Positions 22,207 to 29,100 of a DNA stretch of 32,000 nucleotides are shown here, piece after piece. A model generated the notes under the pieces. The model saw nothing but the letters and a program-made list of their open reading frames with translations. It ran no database searches and was not told where the DNA came from. The stretch covers positions 570,001 to 602,000 of the forward strand of contig BA000021.3 in assembly GCA_000008885.1 (NCBI GenBank). Reading direction: 5' to 3'. The stretch comes from Wigglesworthia glossinidia endosymbiont of Glossina brevipalpis (GTDB taxonomy: Bacteria; Pseudomonadota; Gammaproteobacteria; Enterobacterales; Enterobacteriaceae). A program made the position numbers and the translations under genes. The stretch's first letter is position 1; each line of letters opens with the position of its first letter.

Positions 22207-22970
22207 TAGATTATGATCTTTTATCTAAAATAATTAGAAAATTATCAAATGCAAAATCTTATAAAATTGAAAAATTATTTAATTCAAGATTTTTTTGTGA
22301 TGAATTAATAAATAAATATTTTATAAAAATGAATTCTATTGGAATAGATATTTTTATTAAACAAAATAAATATTTTTTTTTAAAAAATCCAATAAATTTA
22401 TTAAATAAAAAATATATTTCTAAAAAATGTTTTCCAAACAAAGTAACTTTTTTAGATATAATTGATTCTACTAATAATTATATCTATAAAAATAAATTAA
22501 ATTTTTTATCTGGAGATTCATGTATAGCGGAGTATCAAACAAAAGGAAGGGGGAAACGAGGTAAAAAATGGTTTTCTTCTTTTGGAAATAATATATGTTT
22601 ATCCATGTACTGGAATTCTAAAAAAAAAATTCAAACAATTTCTATTTTAAGCTTTACTATTGGAAAGATTATTAAAAAAATTTTATATAATATTGGAATT
22701 TCAAAAGTTGAAGTAAAATTTCCAAATGATATATTTGTAAATGATAAAAAAATATCTGGAATTCTAATAGAAACATACAACAATATAGATAATACGATTG
22801 ATGTAATAATAGGAATAGGAATAAATTTAAATTTAAATATAAAAATTTCTAACTTAATTGATCAAAAATGGACTGATTTAAATAAAAATAAAACTCCAAT
22901 AGATCGTAATTTTTTAATATCATACGTTATTTGTTCTGTAAGGAAAGAATTAAGCAAACTAGAAATTTAA
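22203..22970 (+). CDS. birA: Biotin-[acetyl-CoA-carboxylase] ligase / BirA, C-terminally truncated relative to E. coli
   Basis: 255 aa, against 321 in E. coli. Contains IDSTNNY, the biotin-loop GRGKRGKKW, KFPNDI....KISGILIE and IGIGIN. An N-terminal wHTH-length region is present. The protein ends at about E. coli residue 260. Confidence 0.85.
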   Translation: MIDYDLLSKIIRKLSNAKSYKIEKLFNSRFFCDELINKYFIKMNSIGIDIFIKQNKYFFLKNPINLLNKKYISKKCFPNKVTFLDIIDSTNNYIYKNKLNFLSGDSCIAEYQTKGRGKRGKKWFSSFGNNICLSMYWNSKKKIQTISILSFTIGKIIKKILYNIGISKVEVKFPNDIFVNDKKISGILIETYNNIDNTIDVIIGIGINLNLNIKISNLIDQKWTDLNKNKTPIDRNFLISYVICSVRKELSKLEI

Positions 22971-23029
22971 TCAAAAAATCACATTATATTTATTAAACAT
23001 TAAATTTTATAAAATTTAAAAAAATATTT

Positions 23030-23827
23030 TTAGTAAAAAATTTTTTTATTATAAAATATTTCTGAAGAATGATTTCTATTTTTTTCTATTATTAGATGAG
23101 CGTATTTTTTAGTAGGCAATATATTTTTAATAAGATTTATTTTATTTACATTTTTCCATATTTTGCTCGCTTTTTCTATTGCTTTTTCTTCAGTTATATT
23201 TAAATAACGAGAAAAATATGAATATGGCTTTGATTTAGATTCTCTTATAAATCCAAGAAAACGATTAATATACCATTCTTCGATAAAACTTTCTTTTGCA
23301 TTAATATAAACATTAAGATCTATTAAATTATATGAATAATTATTATTTAAACAATAATATTTTTTTTTATTTTTTTGAAAAAAATTTAATCCTTCTAATA
23401 TAAGAATGTCTGATTTTAAAATAATTTTTTTTGATTTAATTATATCGTAAAACAAATGAGAATAATTTGGAATTAAATTATAAGATTTACCTAATTTAAA
23501 ATTAATCAAAAATTTTTTTAAAAATTCTATATTATATGACTCTGGAAATCCTTTTTTTTTAATTATTCCTTTTTTTATTAAAATTTTATTACAATATAAA
23601 AATCCATCTAATGACACTAATTGTATATTGAAATTTTTTAGTTGTTTTGTAAGATAATATTTTAAAATCTTAGCTGTTGTACTTTTACCAGATGAAACAC
23701 TTCCAAATATGCTTATTATGTAAGGAATATTATACTTGAATTTTTTTTTATAAATATTGTTTTTTAAAAAAAAATTATCAGAAATAATTTTAGATAAATT
23801 TATATATATATCTCTGTTTATTTTCAT
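23030..23827 (-). CDS. coaA: Type I pantothenate kinase
   Basis: 265 aa. Contains IPYIISIFGSVSSGKSTTA (P-loop), DGFL, KKGFPESY, DILILEGLN, WYINRFL and NILPT. It is about 50 aa shorter at the N-terminus than E. coli CoaA. Confidence 0.9.
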   Translation of the reverse strand: MKINRDIYINLSKIISDNFFLKNNIYKKKFKYNIPYIISIFGSVSSGKSTTAKILKYYLTKQLKNFNIQLVSLDGFLYCNKILIKKGIIKKKGFPESYNIEFLKKFLINFKLGKSYNLIPNYSHLFYDIIKSKKIILKSDILILEGLNFFQKNKKKYYCLNNNYSYNLIDLNVYINAKESFIEEWYINRFLGFIRESKSKPYSYFSRYLNITEEKAIEKASKIWKNVNKINLIKNILPTKKYAHLIIEKNRNHSSEIFYNKKIFY

Positions 23828-23946
23828 AAAATATAATAGTATTTTTTAAAAAATAATATAAAAATATAATAGAAAAGTAAATGATATATGATTATTAAAA
23901 TAATTTAAGTATTTTTTATTGTAAAAAATTTATATTAATACTAGAA

Positions 23947-23975
23947 TTGATATTTTAATTTATAAGTAATATAAT
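23947..23975 (+). promoter_or_regulatory. Candidate sigma-70 promoter of the tRNA-tuf operon
   Basis: TTGATA (23947-23952), an exact 17-nt spacer, then TATAAT (23970-23975), 58 nt upstream of the first tRNA. E. coli transcribes thrU-tyrU-glyT-thrT-tufB from one promoter. Such hexamers arise by chance in this composition. Confidence 0.35.
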
Positions 23976-24033
23976 ATCAAAAAATTTTATTATAAATATC
24001 TCAAAAAATAAATAAGTATATTTTTATCAATTA

Positions 24034-24106
24034 GCCGGTATAGCTCAGATGGAAGAGCAACTGACTTGTAATCAGTAGGTCAAAGGTTCAACTCCTTTTG
24101 CCGGCA
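24034..24106 (+). tRNA. thrU: tRNA-Thr (anticodon UGU)
   Basis: I hand-folded a 73-nt cloverleaf: acceptor GCCGGTA/TGCCGGC, D-arm GCTC..GAGC, anticodon arm ACTGA-CTTGTAA-TCAGT, T-arm AAAGG-TTCAACT-CCTTT, discriminator A. No CCA is encoded. Confidence 0.95.
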
Positions 24107-24116
24107 TACAGTTAAA

Positions 24117-24198
24117 GGTGAGGTTCCCGAGCGGCTAAAGGGAGCAGACTGTAAATCTGCCGTCATTGACTTCGAAGGTTCGAATCCTTCCCTCACCA
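24117..24198 (+). tRNA. tyrU: tRNA-Tyr (anticodon GUA), long variable arm
   Basis: 82 nt. Acceptor GGTGAGG/CCTCACC, anticodon arm GCAGA-CTGTAAA-TCTGC, T-arm GAAGG-TTCGAAT-CCTTC. No CCA is encoded. Confidence 0.95.
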
Positions 24199-24251
24199 TT
24201 TTTACTAAAAAATCTTTTTTATAACTAATATTAAATGCTAGACTTTAAATA

Positions 24252-24322
<71 letters not shown>

Positions 24323-24339
24323 TAATAATATATTTTAAA

Positions 24340-24412
24340 GCTGATATAGCTCAGCAGGTAGAGCACACCCTTGGTAAGGGTGAGGTCGGCAGTTCAAATC
24401 TGCCTGTCAGCA
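24340..24412 (+). tRNA. thrT: tRNA-Thr (anticodon GGU)
   Basis: 73 nt. Acceptor GCTGATA/TGTCAGC, anticodon arm CACCC-TTGGTAA-GGGTG, T-arm GGCAG-TTCAAAT-CTGCC. No CCA is encoded. Confidence 0.95.
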
Positions 24413-24569
24413 CTGATCTTCCAAGTTAATAATTTTATTTAATTTTCTAAAAGTAAAAAATTTTCATATTAATTATTAAAATCTTAAAATAAGTAAAAAT
24501 ATTATTCATTTAAAAAAGTTATTATAAATAATAAAAAATAATATAAGACAACTTTATTAGGAAATCATA

Positions 24570-25754
24570 ATGTCTAAAGAAAAATTTCAAAGAATTAAAC
24601 CACATATAAATGTGGGTACAATTGGCCATGTAGATCATGGAAAGACCACATTAACTGCAGCCATAACTAATGTATTAGCAAAAAAATATGGAGGAATTCC
24701 AAAAGCTTTTGATCAAATTGATAATGCTCCAGAAGAAAAAGCTAGAGGTATTACAATAAATACATCTCATGTAGAATATGATACTAAAATAAGACATTAC
24801 GCTCACGTAGATTGTCCAGGCCATGCTGATTATGTAAAAAATATGATTACTGGAGCCGCTCAAATGGATGGAGCTATACTTGTAGTAGCAGCTACAGATG
24901 GTCCGATGCCTCAAACTCGTGAACATATACTTCTTGGAAGGCAAGTTGGAGTTCCATACATAGTAGTGTTTATGAATAAATGCGATATGGTAGATGACGA
25001 AGAACTATTAGAATTAGTAGAAATTGAAATAAGAGAACTATTATCTCAGTATGATTTTCCAGGAGATGAAATCCCAATAATAAGAGGATCAGCTCTAAAA
25101 GCTTTAGAAAAAGATCCTATTTGGATTCAAAAAATAATAGATTTATCTGAACATTTAGATAATTATATTCCAGAACCAAAAAGAATAATTGATCAACCAT
25201 TTCTTTTACCAATAGAAGATGTATTTTCAATATCTGGTAGAGGAACAGTAGTAACTGGTAGAATAGAAAGAGGAACAGTAAAAGTAGGAGAAGAAATAGA
25301 AATTATTGGCATAAAAAATACAGTAAAAACTACATGTACAGGTGTAGAAATGTTTAGAAAACTATTAGATGAAGGAAGAGCTGGAGAAAACGTTGGAATA
25401 TTATTAAGAGGAACAAAACGAGAAGATGTAGAAAGAGGGCAAGTTTTAGCTAAACCAGGATCAATTAAACCTCATACTCAATTTGAATCAGAAGTATATG
25501 TATTAAAAAAAGAAGAAGGAGGTCGTCACACTCCATTTTTTAATGGATATAAACCACAATTTTATTTTCGTACAACAGATGTTACAGGAAGTGTTGAATT
25601 ACAAAAAGGAACAGAAATGGTTATGCCAGGAGATAATGTGAAAATGTTAGTAAAATTAATTTCTCCTATAGCCATGGATGACGGTTTAAGATTTGCAATA
25701 AGAGAAGGTGGAAAAACAGTAGGAGCAGGAATTGTATCTAAAATAATTGTTTGA
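24570..25754 (+). CDS. tuf: Elongation factor Tu (tufB-type position, after thrU-tyrU-glyT-thrT)
   Basis: 394 aa. Contains [18 protein letters not shown] and NKCD. The C-terminus ...[10 protein letters not shown] sits at the normal position and ends with TGA (25752-25754). Confidence 0.98.
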   Translation: MSKEKFQRIKPHINVGTIGHVDHGKTTLTAAITNVLAKKYGGIPKAFDQIDNAPEEKARGITINTSHVEYDTKIRHYAHVDCPGHADYVKNMITGAAQMDGAILVVAATDGPMPQTREHILLGRQVGVPYIVVFMNKCDMVDDEELLELVEIEIRELLSQYDFPGDEIPIIRGSALKALEKDPIWIQKIIDLSEHLDNYIPEPKRIIDQPFLLPIEDVFSISGRGTVVTGRIERGTVKVGEEIEIIGIKNTVKTTCTGVEMFRKLLDEGRAGENVGILLRGTKREDVERGQVLAKPGSIKPHTQFESEVYVLKKEEGGRHTPFFNGYKPQFYFRTTDVTGSVELQKGTEMVMPGDNVKMLVKLISPIAMDDGLRFAIREGGKTVGAGIVSKIIV

Positions 25755-25774
25755 TTAAATTTTTAATATTAAAA

Positions 25775-26158
25775 ATGAAAAATATACAAAAAAAAAATAA
25801 ATTTAATCCTAAAAAGGATTTTTTTATTTGGGTTTTTGTGGTAGCTTTATTATTTATAGCTTCTTTTTTTAAAGAAATATTTCCTAATCTTAATAAGATA
25901 ATTAAATTTTTAATCATACTTATTATTATAATTTCTATAATTTTTTTATCTTCTATTACAAACAAAGGTAAATACGTTTTAAACTTTATTCAAGAATCTT
26001 TGAAAGAAATAAAAAAAGTAGCATGGCCTTCTTTGCAAGAAACTCTTCAAACTACATTAATAGTTTCTTTAGTAACCGTAATAATGTCGCTTTTGCTATG
26101 GGGATTAGATAGCTTATTAATTCGAGCAATATCTTTTATAACTAGTTTGAGGTTTTAA
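25775..26158 (+). CDS. secE: Preprotein translocase subunit SecE
   Basis: Starting at the ATG at 25775 gives 127 aa as in E. coli. Hydrophobic TM segments are present. The conserved C-terminal part is [14 protein letters not shown]. It sits between tuf and nusG. The ORF-track TTG start at 25751 overlaps the tuf stop and is unlikely. Confidence 0.88.
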   Translation: MKNIQKKNKFNPKKDFFIWVFVVALLFIASFFKEIFPNLNKIIKFLIILIIIISIIFLSSITNKGKYVLNFIQESLKEIKKVAWPSLQETLQTTLIVSLVTVIMSLLLWGLDSLLIRAISFITSLRF

Positions 26159-26159
26159 T

Positions 26160-26705
26160 ATGTCTGAAACTCATAAAAAAAGATGGTATGTTGTTCAAGC
26201 ATTTTCTGGATTTGAATCTAAGGTAGCTCAATCTTTAAAAGAGCATACAAAATTATATAAAATGGAACATTTCTTCGGTGAAGTTATGATACCAACAGAA
26301 GAAATATTAGAGATACGTCATGGAAAAAGAAAAAAAAGTGAAAGAAAATTTTTTCCAGGATACGTATTAATTCATATGGTTATGAACGATTCAAGCTGGT
26401 ATTTAGTAAAAAATATTCCTAAAGTAATGGGTTTCGTAGGTGGTACATCAGATAAACCGGCTCCAATTAGCGATAAAGAAATAGAATATATAGTAAAAAG
26501 ATTGCAAAAAATAGGAAATAAACCAAGACCAAAAACTTTATTTGAACCAGGGGAATTAGTTAGAGTAAAAGATGGTCCATTTTCTGATTTTAATGGAGTA
26601 GTAGAAGAAGTAGATTATGAAAAAAATAGATTAAAAGTATCTGTTTTAATATTTGGAAGAGCTACTCCAGTTGAGCTTGATTTCAGTCAATTAGAAAAAA
26701 ATTAG
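26160..26705 (+). CDS. nusG: Transcription termination/antitermination factor NusG
   Basis: 181 aa, the same length as E. coli. Contains [20 protein letters not shown] and a KOW region [41 protein letters not shown] stop. Confidence 0.96.
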   Translation: MSETHKKRWYVVQAFSGFESKVAQSLKEHTKLYKMEHFFGEVMIPTEEILEIRHGKRKKSERKFFPGYVLIHMVMNDSSWYLVKNIPKVMGFVGGTSDKPAPISDKEIEYIVKRLQKIGNKPRPKTLFEPGELVRVKDGPFSDFNGVVEEVDYEKNRLKVSVLIFGRATPVELDFSQLEKN

Positions 26706-26750
26706 TTATTTTGTATAATTTATAAAATAAAATATGGAGAAATTTAATAA

Positions 26751-27179
26751 ATGACAAAAAAAATAAAAGCATATGTAAAATTACAAATTAAAGCTGGGTC
26801 TGCAAATCCTAGCCCTCCTATAGGACCAGCTCTTGGGCAACAAGGAGTTAACATTATAGAATTTTGTAAATCCTTTAACGCAAAAACAAATAAAATAGAT
26901 AAGGATACACCTATACCTGTAATTATATCTGTATATAATGATCGCACTTTTTCTTTCATAACAAAAACTCCTCCTACCGCTTTCTTTCTAAAACAAGCAG
27001 CTAATATAAAATCTGGATCTGATAATCCTAAAAACAAAAAAATTGGTAAAATATCTATTTTTAAAATCAATGAAATTGCAAAAAAAAAATCTCCAGATAT
27101 GACAGGAAGCACATTAAATAGTATTTCAAAATCTATTATTGGAACAGCTAAGTCTATGGGATTATCTATAGAGGATTAA
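26751..27179 (+). CDS. rplK: 50S ribosomal protein L11
   Basis: 142 aa. Contains [30 protein letters not shown]. Shine-Dalgarno GGAGA lies at about 26735. Confidence 0.97.
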
Positions 27180-27180
27180 T

Positions 27181-27909
27181 ATGTCTAAAATGACGAAAAA
27201 AATGAAAAAAATTTGTGAAATTAAATCTTCTTTGAAAGATTATAAATTTAATAATTTAATTTCTATTTTAAATTCTTTTCCAAAAGCCAAGTTTAATGAA
27301 AATATAGATGTTGCAATAAATTTAAGAATTAATACAAAAAAATCTGATCAAAATATTAGAGGATCGATAATTCTTCCCAACTCTATTAAAAAGGAAAAAT
27401 ATATTGTTGTTTTTGCAAGCGGAGAGGATAAAAAAAATGCTTATGAAGCTGGAGCAAATTTAGCAGGTATGGAAGAAGTATCAGATAAAATAAAAAATAA
27501 TAAAAAATTAAAAATAGATCATGTTATTTCTACTCCAGAGGCAATGCCTATTGTTGAAAAATTAGGATCTATACTTGGCCCTAAAGGGCTCATGCCTAAT
27601 CCAAAGCTTGGAACCATTACAAAAGACATAAAAAATGAAATAAAAAAAATAAAAAGTGGACAATTAAACTATAAAAATGATAAATATGGAATAATACATA
27701 CTACTATAGGAAAGATTAATTTTAATAATTTAGAATTAAAAATTAATTTGTTATATTTTTTAAATCATTTAGTTAAAACAAAACCTACTAATTTAAAAGG
27801 AGTTTTTATTAAAAAAGTTAGTTTATCTACTACAATGGGAGGGAGTGTTATTATTAACCACAATGAATTTTTGCAAGAAAATAATATATCAGATAATATT
27901 AAAAAATAA
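27181..27909 (+). CDS. rplA: 50S ribosomal protein L1
   Basis: 242 aa. Contains DVA.NL.I..KKSDQNIRG, LGP.GLMPNPK.GT.T, Y.NDK.GIIHTTIGK and KGV.IKKVS.STTMG. Confidence 0.96.
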   Translation: MSKMTKKMKKICEIKSSLKDYKFNNLISILNSFPKAKFNENIDVAINLRINTKKSDQNIRGSIILPNSIKKEKYIVVFASGEDKKNAYEAGANLAGMEEVSDKIKNNKKLKIDHVISTPEAMPIVEKLGSILGPKGLMPNPKLGTITKDIKNEIKKIKSGQLNYKNDKYGIIHTTIGKINFNNLELKINLLYFLNHLVKTKPTNLKGVFIKKVSLSTTMGGSVIINHNEFLQENNISDNIKK

Positions 27910-27998
27910 TTTTAAAAATTAAATTTTAATAATAAATAAATCATAATTTTTTGATAAAAATGAAAAAATTTTTAATTTTATATTAAAGGTGTAATATT

Positions 27999-28484
27999 GT
28001 GTTAAATAGAAAAAATAAAGAAAATATTATTTCTAAAATTAATAAAATTACTAAATCTTCTTTATCTATTTTGATTGTTGATCCTACTGGAATAACTTCA
28101 AATCAAATGAATAATTTGAGAAAATCTAGCAGAAAACTAAATGTAAACATAAAACAAGTAAGAAATACTTTAATGCGTTTTGCAATAGTGGATACTGAAT
28201 TTGATTGTTTAGAAAAATACATAAAAGGATCTAATTTAATTGCTTTTTCTCATTCGCACCCTGGATCTGCTGCTAGAATATTTAAAAATTTTACAAAAGA
28301 AAATAATAAAATTAAAATAAAACTTGCAGTATTTGAAAGAAAAATTATAACAGATTCTAATATTGATTATTTAGCAAATTTACCAACACATGAAGAATCT
28401 GTAATTAATTTTATCAATATTATTCAAGAAGCATCTATTAAAAAGTTAATAAGAATTTTAATTCTAATAAATAATAATAAATAA
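27999..28484 (+). CDS. rplJ: 50S ribosomal protein L10 (GTG start)
   Basis: 161 aa. Sits at the L10 position between rplA and rplL. Contains VRNTL, HPG.AAR.FK.F and ANLPT.EE. GTG at 27999 is preceded by AAAGGTG. Confidence 0.88.
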   Translation: MLNRKNKENIISKINKITKSSLSILIVDPTGITSNQMNNLRKSSRKLNVNIKQVRNTLMRFAIVDTEFDCLEKYIKGSNLIAFSHSHPGSAARIFKNFTKENNKIKIKLAVFERKIITDSNIDYLANLPTHEESVINFINIIQEASIKKLIRILILINNNK

Positions 28485-28523
28485 TTCTTATAAAAAATAA
28501 GAAAATATTTTAGGAGCATTCAA

Positions 28524-28895
28524 ATGTCAATAAATAAACAACAAATATTAGATGCAGTTTCTGAAATGTCAGTATTAGAAATTTCAGAATTAGTTTCTAT
28601 GATGGAAAAAAAATTTGGAGTATCTTCTATTAATAATAATAATATTAATGTTAATAAAGTTGATGAATCTGTAGAAGAAAAATCTGAATTTGATGTTCTA
28701 TTATTAGAAATTGGTAAAAATAAAATTTCTGTTATTAAATCTGTTAGATCCGCTTTAAGTCTAGGTTTAAAAGAATCAAAAGATTTAATAGAATCCGAAC
28801 TCCCAATAACATTAAAAACAGGATTAAATAAAAAAGATGCAGAGTCTTTGAAAAAAGAAATAGAAACCTCAGGAGCCCGAATTGAATTAAAATAA
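28524..28895 (+). CDS. rplL: 50S ribosomal protein L7/L12
   Basis: 123 aa. The N-terminal dimerisation helix is ILDAVSEMSVLEISELV..MEKKFGVS. The C-terminal domain is EKSEFDV.L...G.NKI.VIK.VR....LGLKESKDL.ES. Shine-Dalgarno AGGAG lies upstream. Confidence 0.95.
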   Translation: MSINKQQILDAVSEMSVLEISELVSMMEKKFGVSSINNNNINVNKVDESVEEKSEFDVLLLEIGKNKISVIKSVRSALSLGLKESKDLIESELPITLKTGLNKKDAESLKKEIETSGARIELK

Positions 28896-28932
28896 ATATT
28901 TATGTTATTAATTATGGATTTAAAAATCCAAT

Positions 28933-28962
28933 AGCTGGTGAAATAACACCAGCTTCTTTTTT
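28933..28962 (+). terminator. rplL-rpoB intergenic hairpin plus T-tract (attenuator-type intrinsic terminator)
   Basis: AGCTGGTG (28933-28940), loop AAATAA, CACCAGCT (28947-28954), then TCTTTTTT. A smaller GGATT/AATCC hairpin lies just upstream (28916-28929). E. coli has a partial terminator at the equivalent position. Confidence 0.6.
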
Positions 28963-29100
28963 ATAAAAAAAATTAAAATATTTATTTATAATAAAATATT
29001 AAAATTTTATATTATCTAATAATAATATTAATTTTTTTAATCAATTAAATATTAATTGATATAATCATACATTTTAAATTTTTTATTTATCGGTGAAACT

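Noticed and set aside
24675-24944. An 89-aa ORF antisense to tuf. The same applies to 2774-3061 (fmt), 4252-4506 (tsaC), 7794-7985 (glyA), 9272-9574 and 9743-9961 (rpiA), 10785-10994 (thiH), 12385-12660 (thiG/thiS), 18348-18530 and 18795-18980 (purD), 19670-19858 (purH), 22259-22441 (birA), 25738-25965 (secE) and 31776-31958 (rpoB).
   Set aside because: Each overlaps a confidently identified conserved gene on the opposite strand. Each encodes low-complexity Ile/Phe/Lys/Asn-rich peptides typical of AT-rich shadow frames.
26744-27112. A 122-aa ORF on the minus strand
   Set aside because: It lies entirely antisense to the highly conserved rplK (L11). It has no start context or recognisable motifs, and it is a typical shadow ORF.
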